The notes below the pieces were generated by a model that was not told the DNA's origin, did no database searches, and was given only the letters and a program-made list of their open reading frames with translations. Shown one piece after another: positions 13,701-24,086 of a DNA stretch of 64,000 nucleotides; position 1 is the first letter of the stretch; every line of letters starts with the position of its first letter. A program made the translations under genes and the position numbers. The stretch is taken from UHGV virus genome UHGV-0277313; one strand, given 5' to 3'. Source of the stretch: a virus.

Positions 13701-16265
13701 CGTGTAACAACATATGATCCAGTTGCTGAAGAAAATGTAGATTTAATAGTTTATAATTATTATTATACATACGATGTAGCTTCTGGTTGGTCAAAAATCG
13801 AACGATATTTCACTGATGTTAATGAAGTATATGAAACAGTAGAGACTGTTGAAAATGGTATTGTAAAATATACTGTTCATTTGTTAGGTGTAAATAAAAA
13901 GGATAATTATATTGCATACACAGTATATGGCATGCCTGGTGCAACAGAAAATTTTATTCCTTATTTCAATGGTGAAATTTATTATGATTCAAGCGTTTTA
14001 AAATATTTTCAATTTAAAGATGGTGCTTGGGTTGAGATTAACGCAGCAATCGTTGGCGAATTTTCTAGAGGTGGTAAAGCTTCAGAAAGTGGTAAATCAT
14101 ATAAAGATAATTTTATTGCAACTGAAATTTTAGGCGAAAGATTCTATTTAAAACATCAAGAATTGCTAAATACGTCTTCTGTATCTGTTATTGTAAATGA
14201 TGATACTTTTGATATTATTTTTGACAGTTTTGACAAGTATGACAGTGAGTCGTATGTTGTATTGTTGAAAAAGGATTCAGTAGGTAAATGGTATTTACAG
14301 TTTGGTGACGGTGTACACGGTGTTCGTCCGATAAAAGGTTCAAAAATATTAGTAACTTATGACAGTTTAGATTTCCCGGTAATGAATAAATTCTTACCGT
14401 ATGAGAAATTGTATACAAATTTACATAAAGATGAACATAAAATAGGTTATAAAAAAGTTTATGTTAATACATGGGTTGAAGATCCAACTGTTGAAGATGT
14501 TATACCAGTTACAGGTTATCGATTTGAAAAGTTTACAAATCCAGAGAGTGTTGATACATCTTCGATAGCCGTTTTTGTTAACGGTTCGCAGTGGAATATA
14601 GTAAAAGATAAATCAAAGTATGGACCTTATGATCGTGTTGTTGAAATCAGACGTGCACGAACAAACAGTGGTGTGTTCTTATATGTAATTTTCGGTGATA
14701 ATAAACATTCACAAAACTTAAGAAAAGGTGATTTGATTTCAGTTTATTATAAAACTTTGAATGAAGAAATCATTAATAATAATACATACTTAAAATGTTC
14801 AACATTTAAACATGCATTAACAACACGTGTTGCTTATGATTATGGTTTAATTACACAAACAAAAGAATCTGAATGGGTATATTATAGAAACTTTATCCCG
14901 CCTGAAGGTTATTATCCAACAAACCACGTTAGATTTAATGTTAATTCAAATTCTATGATCGATGCTAAAGATTTTGAAGCTGAAGCAAAATATCAGTTTT
15001 ACGAATTGGCATCAACACCTTGGGTTTTGGAGAACATTTGTAACATCATTGAATTCAATGAATTGTATTTGGGAGTGGCATCAGTTTCAACATCTGTTGG
15101 CAACTTATTCTTTAGAGCAACTGAAGAGTTAGGTATGCTAAAGGTGAGTTTGCCAAATTTAACTTCTAAAATGACATCAATGAATAAAGATCAAACAGAA
15201 AATATTTATTGTGTTAGAAATGGCGATATTGGTCGTTTGGAAGACGTCAATAAATTGAAGTATATAGTTCCAGTTGAAGACGAAAATGGTGTAATTTGGA
15301 ATTACATGGTTTATACAACAAATGCTGGTGGTTTGACAAAGTATGCAACTTTAGTAAATAATTTAGATTTTATTAGACCCGGTGAGATTTTTGATATTAA
15401 ACAAGGTGATATTTTATTTGCTAAAAATGGTATGGTTATTCCTGTAACTATTGAAACTGATGATCGTAATACTGTAACAACAGATTTGACATTTACAGAA
15501 AAAGGCACTTCTGTTGAATTCAAAGATTTTACAAAAGATTGTTTTGTAAAAGTTAATGTTGAAACAGAAAATAAAAGGATTTCAGATAAAGTTTCATTGT
15601 ATATTGGTGGAAAGAAAGTTGATGTAGGTTCGACTTTATCATTTAAAATGATTGATGGTGGTAAAGTTGAATTAGATATTTCTGCGAAACAAAATGGGTG
15701 TACGCCTGTTACAAAACATTTAACTTTAGACATTTCAATGTTTAATAACAAAGATTCTTTATTAGAAGAAACTTTATATTTGAAGTTGTATGAAGTTAAG
15801 ACAACTGTATTCGCACCGTCATTAGATTGTAAAGTTAATGTTAACGGTACTTTGTATGAAAGCGGTTCAGACATTATAACAAAATATGGTGAATCTTTAG
15901 TTATTTTTGCCGTTGGTGATAGATATATTGAGGCAACAGAAAATCAAACTGTTCGTATAGAAACATTACAAGATGCAACATACTATTTAGATTTGACTTT
16001 AAGAAAATATCGTTTAAAAGTAACAACTAGAGTTAATGGTAATGTAGACAACAATCAGCCTGTCTATTTAAATGGTGTACCAAATACTTATAATGATATT
16101 TGGACATTAGGTCAGGTTGTAGAGATTGTTGCTGGTGGCGAGTGGCAAAATACAAAAGTTGTTTCGAAAGTTGTTACAATTTCTAGCAACACTGCTGACA
16201 ATGTTTATGTAATTGACTGCCCTGTTTTAGATGATTCTTATTTAAGTGCAGATTTAATTCCTTAA
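10716..16265 (+). CDS. very large baseplate/tail-fibre structural protein
   Basis: 1849-aa ORF rich in T/S/N/G/Y and beta-prone repeats; located between baseplate and fibre genes. Confidence 0.45.
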   Translation: MHSLNWDVTSEYNLNITGQTLDFILFKDSVWQDDSICDFSDGTSFTLNALTIEGQLLTLFALSKYYVVRKYILRNDGYIAGSDVDLKPFKITTDNVAVFLNGTYVRPTCYTATDHSIRFHIKGERVSGTSELKDYISWSEGDVVKFITNDPDSKKQTFNSYFMQYTSNKATTVLSQNGKNFYSAITPKLSKGKTIVLVNDKIIPYSELSFPGGEFTTGNVNTQGALVIKRNLSEADKVTVFYFEEDFEHFEYSPKTGQTRFQGPDLLGNYLSYSTTEGAGVAQLFEYSVGNTGEVVTNGVPWSNITGVTNGCRLHASCIFNGVSYSGEAEIQDSNMEKSYVSVKIISEFGRKEFDSSEWYISPAYSKNIVSYLDGRTQSTVAFPEILGTFQMFFLDYYQDGLRRLTNIRNVNEVEPDLLIPTLDMLGMRLDMSNVSELNKRRAVREVINFYKRCGTKKSINFLGYINDRVINLDEALWTNDYIHFATPDELGATYERKQLAQFIDYRFIAATAVETDDYGDCLDLKGPFKLKVEGTKLTIPYGSRAFYPNHYTGTEGSMKWNSISDKLELNSEDYSPGDYFLIVIDDHGFQHLDLVENIPSGTQEDFLETNVSYYYNETYNSINMVDDLEVSVSLPVAKVNIALDDYTITLLQEYKTCSFVDDFVFAMTSDPVSDPVSKIKTQTGLSYSYQIIDNEDFVNDRKVELQKSQRLDIKDATGENYLVFLNDSNELKDVNNVTLKYIPKGYYTNTGIQPVATNHALWKFHNEWFVYDNFAVGLDKYEFTVDESGEIVKDSSGYSDIKYVVKDSWYKSVFIGDFVELPKASTLEEIKNISNTFYAFYNKEQQLQVVYTLEQDPEVGSVVYKIADASVVLGVVDSVDKTKHTITIGSATYSFSPSRNVTGRPLCRVDGVYYSLVKRQTYEVDTCHEYSNGNDLMFLLSSNPIVGDIAHTYKDYERSDYVVTSVDAFLGVVKVCPKQYFGTEQQDDFTKQYTRVTTYDPVAEENVDLIVYNYYYTYDVASGWSKIERYFTDVNEVYETVETVENGIVKYTVHLLGVNKKDNYIAYTVYGMPGATENFIPYFNGEIYYDSSVLKYFQFKDGAWVEINAAIVGEFSRGGKASESGKSYKDNFIATEILGERFYLKHQELLNTSSVSVIVNDDTFDIIFDSFDKYDSESYVVLLKKDSVGKWYLQFGDGVHGVRPIKGSKILVTYDSLDFPVMNKFLPYEKLYTNLHKDEHKIGYKKVYVNTWVEDPTVEDVIPVTGYRFEKFTNPESVDTSSIAVFVNGSQWNIVKDKSKYGPYDRVVEIRRARTNSGVFLYVIFGDNKHSQNLRKGDLISVYYKTLNEEIINNNTYLKCSTFKHALTTRVAYDYGLITQTKESEWVYYRNFIPPEGYYPTNHVRFNVNSNSMIDAKDFEAEAKYQFYELASTPWVLENICNIIEFNELYLGVASVSTSVGNLFFRATEELGMLKVSLPNLTSKMTSMNKDQTENIYCVRNGDIGRLEDVNKLKYIVPVEDENGVIWNYMVYTTNAGGLTKYATLVNNLDFIRPGEIFDIKQGDILFAKNGMVIPVTIETDDRNTVTTDLTFTEKGTSVEFKDFTKDCFVKVNVETENKRISDKVSLYIGGKKVDVGSTLSFKMIDGGKVELDISAKQNGCTPVTKHLTLDISMFNNKDSLLEETLYLKLYEVKTTVFAPSLDCKVNVNGTLYESGSDIITKYGESLVIFAVGDRYIEATENQTVRIETLQDATYYLDLTLRKYRLKVTTRVNGNVDNNQPVYLNGVPNTYNDIWTLGQVVEIVAGGEWQNTKVVSKVVTISSNTADNVYVIDCPVLDDSYLSADLIP

Positions 16266-16345
16266 ACATCTGAATTTGGATTCAAACTTAAACCTGCTGA
16301 TGTTGTTCTTAACTAAAGTGGGTTTTTGTTTTTTAGGTTAAAAAA

Positions 16346-18523
16346 ATGGCAGATACATATTCTTCAATTGTAACAAATGATGGTGAATCTACCTTATTAC
16401 AAAATACGGTTAATGCATATATTTTTAAATTAGCACGTATTGAAATTTGTTCTCGTGCAAATTTAGATATGACTGATGCAATGACTTGGAAGAGTATGGA
16501 AGCGGCAAATGTTGTCTATACAATTTCAAAACAAGAAAACATTAATTCAATGGTGCGTAAAGTACAGTTGGATTCAAATACTGTACAGTTTAGGGTTTCT
16601 TTAGATACATCTATTGGTGGCATTTCAAGTTCAGGTATGATTTGTGGAAGTATTGGTTTATACTTGCAAGGTTATAATGAACGTGGAGAAGCTTTAAATA
16701 CACCGTTTTTATTTGCTGTAGGAAGTTTAGGTTCAGAATTTGTTAAATATGCCGACAGTTCAAATACAGTTGGCAATATGGTTTCTTTTTACTTAAACTT
16801 TAGAATTTCTAATACAGCCTTAATTGAAAATGTTTTAGTAGCACCAACTGAAAACTATTCCTTACCGACAGTTGATACAGAAAATTCAGATTATTTGAAT
16901 GATTATTTTAATGCATATATAGTAAACAATTATGATAGAACAGGTTTGTCTGCTATTGCATATAAAACTAATAAAAATTCTGAAGGGTTTGCATATGTAT
17001 TACCGAAAAACGAAAGCACAACGCGTTTAGGTATGGGTGGTGTATATGAAGCCCCTGAATTAGATCCTTCTGTTACAGATGCGTCTTTTAAGCGTTTTGC
17101 ATATTATAAAAGAACAGGTAATACTTATTCAGTATGTTTAGAACCAGGAAGAACATTAGCTTTAACAAATGGGTTGGAATCTGATGGTTTTTATCGAAAT
17201 GAAAGATTTTTATTAGATAAACCTTATGAATCAAATGTAGTTACAAATGCTGGCGAATATGTAACATTAGCAGTTAATGGTGTTCAGTTTGGTAAAGAAG
17301 ATGAAGAAGAACAGTTTTATTTGATTACTGTTCCGTCAGACAGTGTAAAGACAGTTAATGATAAAGATTTAAATAATATCGAACATCCAAAAACAAAATC
17401 TGATGTTTACTTTATTTTTAATACATTAACTGGTTTTGTTCATGAAACAACCGTTTCGCAAGCATATGAAGTTAAAGCAACAAAACTCGCATTCTTCAAG
17501 ATAAACAGCAATGGCGATCTTGATTACTTTATACAAGTTACATCAGCTTCAGGAAGTAATTCTTTTGAAGTAAATTCAGTAAAAGCTGATATGAAGAAGT
17601 TGCGTAGTGAATTTGAAGATGGCGCTTCTAATAAGTTTGTTCATTTTGTTGGAACGGAAACAATTAGTGGTAAAAAAGTTTTCACAGCCGACGGAACTTC
17701 AGCTTTAAAGGAAAGCTTGCAGGTTTTTTCAAAAAATCCGACAATTGGTTTGAAGGTTAATACAACAAATTCTTTCGTTGGTGGTGTTGTTGCAAAGAAT
17801 AGTAATGATCAAAACATTACTAGTTTGTATATGAACAACAAAGCTATCGGTGTAGTTAGCTGGCCTGACAGTGCAATTAACGGAAACAAAAATAATACAT
17901 ATTCAACTGGTGAATATTTATTGATTGATTCGAGTAAAACAGGAAATAGTGTTGTTTCAGAATCAACAAATGTAAAGAATCATTTCATTCAGAATACTCT
18001 AGATAAATTGTCTGTTGTAAAAGTTACAGATAATTCAGGTGTTGCTGGATTTCAGCATGCAAATACTGTTTATTTTAGTAAGAATATTCAAGCTGGTTTG
18101 TTTAGGGGCGCTGCATCATATACCTATTGGGCAGATTTAGCTGAAATGTACGAATCTGATATGAAATTACAACCTGGCACTCTAGTAAAGTTTGGCGGTA
18201 AAAAAGATATTACTATAGCTGAAAATGAAGAATGTGCAGAAGGTGTTATTTCAACAAAACCTGGTGTTGTGTTAAATAGTCTTTCCGAAGGTGAGCATGT
18301 GTATCCGGTTGCTTTAGTCGGACAAGTTCCGGTTAGAGTTATTGGAAGTGTAAAAAAACATGATTATATTTATCATTCTTCAGTAATTGGTAAAGATTTA
18401 AGTGGTGTAGCTATAGCATCTTCTAAAAAGATTCTAAATGCCAAAATTATAGGTAAAGCATTAGAAGATAATCTGAATGAAGATGAAAAGCTTGTTAATT
18501 GTGTTGTTCGTTTAGTTTTCTAA
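16346..18523 (+). CDS. tail-fibre-like structural protein
   Basis: 725 aa; S/T/N/G-rich; structural-module context. Confidence 0.4.
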   Translation: MADTYSSIVTNDGESTLLQNTVNAYIFKLARIEICSRANLDMTDAMTWKSMEAANVVYTISKQENINSMVRKVQLDSNTVQFRVSLDTSIGGISSSGMICGSIGLYLQGYNERGEALNTPFLFAVGSLGSEFVKYADSSNTVGNMVSFYLNFRISNTALIENVLVAPTENYSLPTVDTENSDYLNDYFNAYIVNNYDRTGLSAIAYKTNKNSEGFAYVLPKNESTTRLGMGGVYEAPELDPSVTDASFKRFAYYKRTGNTYSVCLEPGRTLALTNGLESDGFYRNERFLLDKPYESNVVTNAGEYVTLAVNGVQFGKEDEEEQFYLITVPSDSVKTVNDKDLNNIEHPKTKSDVYFIFNTLTGFVHETTVSQAYEVKATKLAFFKINSNGDLDYFIQVTSASGSNSFEVNSVKADMKKLRSEFEDGASNKFVHFVGTETISGKKVFTADGTSALKESLQVFSKNPTIGLKVNTTNSFVGGVVAKNSNDQNITSLYMNNKAIGVVSWPDSAINGNKNNTYSTGEYLLIDSSKTGNSVVSESTNVKNHFIQNTLDKLSVVKVTDNSGVAGFQHANTVYFSKNIQAGLFRGAASYTYWADLAEMYESDMKLQPGTLVKFGGKKDITIAENEECAEGVISTKPGVVLNSLSEGEHVYPVALVGQVPVRVIGSVKKHDYIYHSSVIGKDLSGVAIASSKKILNAKIIGKALEDNLNEDEKLVNCVVRLVF

Positions 18524-18534
18524 TAGGTGTTTAA

Positions 18535-18777
18535 ATGGCGGATCTATATGTGTCTTTTAGGTGTTCAGCTTGTGGAGAGTTTTCAGAACCTATTCGTGTA
18601 ACAGGTTCATGGGTTCCTAAAAGGGATATTTTGGAAGTTATGAAGGCTCGTGGGTGGAAAGTTACTAGATCACACATAGCTTTATGTAAAGAGTGTCATT
18701 TAGATATGGTCGCACATAATCGAACATATATTGAAGAAATTGAAGAAAAGAAAAAAGAAAGCGTTCAAAAGAAATAG
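18535..18777 (+). CDS. small zinc-ribbon protein
   Basis: 80 aa with CxxC...CxxC (CSACGEF ... CKECH); RBS-like AGGTG upstream. Confidence 0.4.
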   Translation: MADLYVSFRCSACGEFSEPIRVTGSWVPKRDILEVMKARGWKVTRSHIALCKECHLDMVAHNRTYIEEIEEKKKESVQKK

Positions 18778-18831
18778 TCTTTTGAATTTATGTTCTTTAA
18801 CTATTAAAGTTTTAGTTGTCAAGGGTTTAAC

Positions 18832-21800
18832 ATGAGTGATACTGACGTAAAAGCAATACAGCGCCGCAGAGGTACAGCAGCTGAATTTGATGGTTTTACA
18901 ACAGGCCTAGAAGGTGAAATTACTGTAAACACGACGAACAATTCTGTTGTCGTTAGTGATGGTAATATGAACAATTACGAGGCGTCACGTGCTGATATGA
19001 CAAATGTCGATCAGTTCGATATTATGAAACGTGGTATCGCAGACAATAGTTTAACAAATACGGTTTTTGAATATAAGTTAGACATGACAGGGTCAGTTCA
19101 GCAAATGAGAAAATCTGCTGATCAAATAAAGGCTCAATTAACAAAGGCTTATATTGCAGACAAAGATTTAACAAACGTTCCTTTACAAATTATGTTGAAT
19201 AAAGGTATTGCAAAGTATACATTTGCTAATGTTCCTTTTTCAGCTGTTTCATGGGATAGTGATGCTTTTAGGGAACATATTGGTAGTGAAGAAGTTGATA
19301 TCACTGGCGGTGGTTTAGCTTTTCGAAACTTGCAAAATCTTAAAGCGGAAACATTTAACAGTATTCCTACAGATGATTTTGAATTGACTGGCGGTGGAGT
19401 TGCTTATAAAACATTAGAAAATGTTGACGCTCTAAAAATGGAAGTTAAGACACAAATTGGTGTAGCTTCTATTGATATGGCAAACGTTTCTGATGATACT
19501 TTGTATGGTAAAGGTGGCAGTAGAAAGTATTTATTACAGCGTGATTTGAATAACATTGATGGGCCAAATGTTGATCCAGAGAATTTGACTTATGCTGGTA
19601 TTGCACAAAAGAATTTGTCAAATATTGACTTCAATGGAGATGCTGTTTTACAACAATCAGTGTTAGATACTTTAGGAGCATGCAACTATAACTTGGATCA
19701 TGTCAGTTTAACAGTGTTTACTGATAAATTTCATTTGATGAAAGATGACGGAAGTAACGCTGTTAAAGAAAAAGTTTTTAAAGGCATTAAAAATCTATTA
19801 TTGAACGGTGACTTTAAAGAAAAACATTCGGCATTCGCTGATGTTTCAATGGCTGAAAACGAGATTGCTAGTAAAGGTGACACATTCTATTCAGAATGGG
19901 TTGCAATGTATGACGGTGCTAAAATTCATTTAGAAGATGGTTTAGCAACAATTTCTGGTTCATGGGGACAATGCATTGGTTGGGATGCTGCTTTCAGCAA
20001 GATTGATGCTTTGTACTTTTCCTGTTCAAAAGATAGCTCAATGGATATTAATGTGTCATTAATGCAGCCGTCAAAAGATGGGTGGATTACTATATCCGCG
20101 AACGTTATCAATGATATTGAAGGAAAAGATTACGACAGAAAAGGTTGTAAATTAATAATTAACAAGGAAAAGTTACTTAAAAAAGTTCCTTTAATGTTAG
20201 TGATTTCTGGCGGTCAATCTAAAATTGGTTATTGTCAGTTGGAACGTGAAGGAATTACAAATTTTTATCAAACTCCTTCAAATTATTCTAGAATGTTTTC
20301 TGGTGAAGCTTCTGGTAAAACATGTTATTTACAAATTCATGATAAATTACCTGCAGCGACTGATGAGTATTATAAACTTGAGCCTTTATTTACATCTGAT
20401 GGTGCAGCTGGCACTAAAGAGATTTATTACTATTCACTGAAGAGTAATGGTTACGTACATTTGTCTGATACAAAAAAATGCGTCAGATATGGTGATGAAG
20501 TTTATCGTTTTGTTGGTGATAGTTTTGAATTATATTGTTTAGCTGCAACAGGTCAGTTTAAGCTGGTTGATAGTGAAGAAGTTGTCACTATATCAAAATT
20601 TAAGAATGGTGATTTGTTCTTTTCTGAAGAAGATGGCAAAATTCATACATTTGCTAATGATGATTTCTATTATATGTATGATACAATTCCTTATCAAGGT
20701 TTGTTGTATATTGATGGGAAGTATAGTGATCATTCAGTGTTTTTGTGGAATGCATTAAAAGAAGATTTCGAAGTAGTGACTTCTGAAGGCACTGGTTTAG
20801 CATCATTACCTTTATTTACACATCTGTTTTCAGATAGAAGATTGGAATCAGCTGGATGGACAGAAGCGGATTCTTTCTCCAAAAAGTCTGCATCAGTTTA
20901 TCAAGGTGCATATGATTATTTGGTTAATCAGTTACACCCTGTTGGTAAATTGATTGCTGGTGGTAGTGTTGGTGATCAGGTAGGTGCTTCTGAACAGACG
21001 ACGTGGATTATTGAGTGGTCTGATAATCAGTTTGAAAATACAATTGTGTCATTGTTGTTAAATCCTATCGAAGCCAAACAGAAAATTATTGAATTTTGTA
21101 ACAAACAAGGGTATTTGATTGACGGTGCAATCTATGATCCAAATACGGATCCTGGTACAACAATTATTACAGATGTTCCTGGAAAAGAGTTACATGATTT
21201 AGTTTTCAGAAAAGTTTTAAAACAAAGTGATGATCACGGAATTGTTCACTATAAAACATATGATGGTTTGAGAATCGTTATTGAAACTCAAGAAGCTTGT
21301 AGATTGATAACAACACAGTTTGAATCAACTGGAAACGGTTGGTTTTACCTTCTAAACGAATCTGATGATATTAAACAAGCATATTTTAGATTACCTAGAA
21401 TGAAAGGGTTTGCTGTAACTGAAGGTGTTGTCGAGGAACCATATGGAGAGTCATATCAAGAAAACATTACTTTCAATACAGATGTAAGCAAAGGGTTTGC
21501 AGCCGTAAAACACAAACTGTATTTTTACATGGGTGTTCCTAGCTTAAAACGTGAAGAAGTAGCTGTTAATAGTGTATTTTCAGCGTTGAGTCAAATTGAT
21601 ACGAAATTAAATAAATCAATTTATGATTTGAATGGTGTTGAAGAATCTACTGTTGATAGTAAAACATATCATTGGATTAAGTTAGGTGCGAATACTCATG
21701 AATTTGTATGGAAACCTAAAAATAACAATTCAGTAATTTTAATTGATTTAACATCAATTTTAGGTGAAATGGATCAGGATCCTATTACTAAAATTTATCC

Positions 21801-22620
21801 TGCATCAGTATATAATGAGTTTACAAAGTTTGCTTTTAAATTGTGTATTGATAAAAGTTTCATTGAAGATTTGAGTGATAAAACTAAAGCACGTTATTAT
21901 ATTAAGTATTATATTAAGAATGATGCTCGTGCAAACGGAAGACCTCAAATTATTACTGGAATTGGGTATGATGAATACTTTAGCAATTCTGGAACTGATA
22001 CATTAACAAATGTCCCTGTTGAATATAACGATGCAACATTAATTACGAATTATGATGTGTTTAGTAATATTCGCGCTGGTTTTGATGCTGAAATTCAAAA
22101 CTATACAAGGGATATGTTTGTTTTTGATACAACATTAACAACGCGTCCTCAAATACCTTTAAACGTGATGCATTTAGATGGTGATGAAGTTGTTAACGGC
22201 CTAAAAATTTTTACAGGAACACCTGCTGTGGCAAATACTGCACCTGCTGTTTTATATAATAACAGGAGTTATGAAGGTGGGGTAGTTAATCCAGGGAGTA
22301 ATACACAAACACCTTTTTCTATTGTAACAGGAACAAATGGAGTGCATCAGAGCTATCTTGAACAGTGGTATTATACAGATGGCAGCGTTAATATGAATCT
22401 TTGTGCATCAACATATAAAGCTGACGGATCTCGTGTTGTAGGGGCTTTGACAGCAAGGGCAGATCGTAACGGTGGCGTTTATACGTATGCAGCAACACCT
22501 GACGTTGAAGCAAATGACACAAGAATTGCAACGACAAATTATGTAAATAATAAGTTTCAGGTTGTATCTGCATTGCCAGCAAATCCTAATGCAAATGTGT
22601 TTTACTTTATTCCAGAATAA
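18832..22620 (+). CDS. long tail-fibre protein (distal, gp37-like by position)
   Basis: 1262 aa; N-terminus MSDTDVKAIQRRRGTAAEFDGFTTGLEGEITVNTTNNSVVVSDG resembles tail-fibre N-terminal repeats; followed by a gly-rich adhesin-like gene. Confidence 0.5.
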   Translation: MSDTDVKAIQRRRGTAAEFDGFTTGLEGEITVNTTNNSVVVSDGNMNNYEASRADMTNVDQFDIMKRGIADNSLTNTVFEYKLDMTGSVQQMRKSADQIKAQLTKAYIADKDLTNVPLQIMLNKGIAKYTFANVPFSAVSWDSDAFREHIGSEEVDITGGGLAFRNLQNLKAETFNSIPTDDFELTGGGVAYKTLENVDALKMEVKTQIGVASIDMANVSDDTLYGKGGSRKYLLQRDLNNIDGPNVDPENLTYAGIAQKNLSNIDFNGDAVLQQSVLDTLGACNYNLDHVSLTVFTDKFHLMKDDGSNAVKEKVFKGIKNLLLNGDFKEKHSAFADVSMAENEIASKGDTFYSEWVAMYDGAKIHLEDGLATISGSWGQCIGWDAAFSKIDALYFSCSKDSSMDINVSLMQPSKDGWITISANVINDIEGKDYDRKGCKLIINKEKLLKKVPLMLVISGGQSKIGYCQLEREGITNFYQTPSNYSRMFSGEASGKTCYLQIHDKLPAATDEYYKLEPLFTSDGAAGTKEIYYYSLKSNGYVHLSDTKKCVRYGDEVYRFVGDSFELYCLAATGQFKLVDSEEVVTISKFKNGDLFFSEEDGKIHTFANDDFYYMYDTIPYQGLLYIDGKYSDHSVFLWNALKEDFEVVTSEGTGLASLPLFTHLFSDRRLESAGWTEADSFSKKSASVYQGAYDYLVNQLHPVGKLIAGGSVGDQVGASEQTTWIIEWSDNQFENTIVSLLLNPIEAKQKIIEFCNKQGYLIDGAIYDPNTDPGTTIITDVPGKELHDLVFRKVLKQSDDHGIVHYKTYDGLRIVIETQEACRLITTQFESTGNGWFYLLNESDDIKQAYFRLPRMKGFAVTEGVVEEPYGESYQENITFNTDVSKGFAAVKHKLYFYMGVPSLKREEVAVNSVFSALSQIDTKLNKSIYDLNGVEESTVDSKTYHWIKLGANTHEFVWKPKNNNSVILIDLTSILGEMDQDPITKIYPASVYNEFTKFAFKLCIDKSFIEDLSDKTKARYYIKYYIKNDARANGRPQIITGIGYDEYFSNSGTDTLTNVPVEYNDATLITNYDVFSNIRAGFDAEIQNYTRDMFVFDTTLTTRPQIPLNVMHLDGDEVVNGLKIFTGTPAVANTAPAVLYNNRSYEGGVVNPGSNTQTPFSIVTGTNGVHQSYLEQWYYTDGSVNMNLCASTYKADGSRVVGALTARADRNGGVYTYAATPDVEANDTRIATTNYVNNKFQVVSALPANPNANVFYFIPE

Positions 22621-22770
22621 AGTAATGTCAAAATAAAATAGCGATTTTAGAAATAGTGTTTATAGAGCGATTTGTAAACCTGATGTAGGTTATTTTAAAA
22701 TAACAACTGCATGATTAGTTTTGTAATTCTGTAGTTGATATTTCATGTGCATTAAAATTAGGAGGTTTTA

Positions 22771-23403
22771 ATGTCGATATATAAAAGTAACCGTAAACAA
22801 TCTAAAATTGTTATAAGTGGTCACAGATCTGTTAAAAAAGTTTTCAATGGAAACAATTTACTTTTTGGTAAAGAATCATTTGAAAAGATATTTACAGCAA
22901 GTGGTTCGATTACATTTCCAGCAACAATGTTTTCATTAACTGTTATTGTTGTTGGAGCTGGTGGTTGCGGTGGTCAGTGGATTTTAGGTAAACATGGAGA
23001 TTGGATAGGTGCTGGCGGTGGTGGTGCTGGTGGTTATTCAAAAAGAATGTTTAATAATATTGAGTGTAAATCAATCGCAGGGAAAACAATATCTTTTGTT
23101 GTAGGTGTTATACATTTGCAAGCTAAAGGTGACGATTCAGTTTTTATGGATGTTACAGCATATGGTGGTCAACCTGGTGGTCCTTATTCTGACGCACACG
23201 GTGGTGTTGGCGGTTCAGCTACAGGTGGTTCAGAAAATAAAACAGGAGCAAGTGGAACAAACGGTGGATATGTAGTTGTAGGAAGAGGTGGTGCAGGTTG
23301 GGTTATAAATGGAATGACTTATGGTTCTGGTGGAGATTCAACACAAATTGCTCATAATGGGGCCGGTACAAATGGTTGCATTTATATCAGATATGAATTT
23401 TGA
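22771..23403 (+). CDS. glycine-rich adhesin-like protein (gp38-like?), paralog A
   Basis: 210 aa; strong AGGAGG RBS; poly-Gly motifs (GAGGCGGQW, GAGGGGAGGY, YGGQPGGPY, HGGVGGSATGGSEN, GRGGAGW, GSGGDS) between variable segments, as in glycine-rich-motif adhesins of T2-type phages; directly downstream of the long fibre gene. Confidence 0.4.
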   Translation: MSIYKSNRKQSKIVISGHRSVKKVFNGNNLLFGKESFEKIFTASGSITFPATMFSLTVIVVGAGGCGGQWILGKHGDWIGAGGGGAGGYSKRMFNNIECKSIAGKTISFVVGVIHLQAKGDDSVFMDVTAYGGQPGGPYSDAHGGVGGSATGGSENKTGASGTNGGYVVVGRGGAGWVINGMTYGSGGDSTQIAHNGAGTNGCIYIRYEF

Positions 23404-23415
23404 TGTTCTTGTTTT

Positions 23416-24078
23416 ATGTTGTTTTTAGAATATAGGTGCTCCATGTTTTATGCTTTATGTATACTTTCAGTAATTGTAAACTCGTTTTGGAGAAGGTGGT
23501 TCGGCGGTGGTTATAAAAATACATGGTTAGGTAATAATCGTGCCGTTCAGTGTACAATCTATTTATTGTATACATCCGCTTTAGCATACTATTTATCAAG
23601 ATTTTCTGAAGTTTGGTATAATGCAAGTTTTGCTGTAATTTTTGCTGTTTTTACATATTGTCAGTTTTGGGCACGTGGTCATGGTGCATGCTTTGATATC
23701 GGCCGTGGTGACTTTGATGAAACAACTATAAACAGATATAATGCACGTTGGTATCATATACCTTGTGATTGGTTGTTAAAGAATCATAAATACGGTTTTG
23801 TGTATGATTTCTTATACATGGGGTTAAGATATACAATGCCGTTAGTGTTATTGTATATTTTAGGTTTAGTCACTGAACCTGTTTTTATTGAGCCTTTGTT
23901 TACAAAATGGATTATTGTTATAGGTGCAAGTATTAGCCCAATTTATGCAATCTGTTGGACTTTGTATGAAAAAGAAAATTGGATTTTCAAGAAATATTGG
24001 TCAGTTGTTGGGCCAACGAATCTGGCTGAATATTTGGCTGGTGCTGTTTGGGGTTTGTGGCCGTTGTGTGTAGTTTGA
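23416..24078 (+). CDS. polytopic membrane protein
   Basis: 220 aa; about 5-6 hydrophobic helices, W/Y-rich; function unknown. Confidence 0.45.
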   Translation: MLFLEYRCSMFYALCILSVIVNSFWRRWFGGGYKNTWLGNNRAVQCTIYLLYTSALAYYLSRFSEVWYNASFAVIFAVFTYCQFWARGHGACFDIGRGDFDETTINRYNARWYHIPCDWLLKNHKYGFVYDFLYMGLRYTMPLVLLYILGLVTEPVFIEPLFTKWIIVIGASISPIYAICWTLYEKENWIFKKYWSVVGPTNLAEYLAGAVWGLWPLCVV

Positions 24079-24086
24079 GGCGTTAA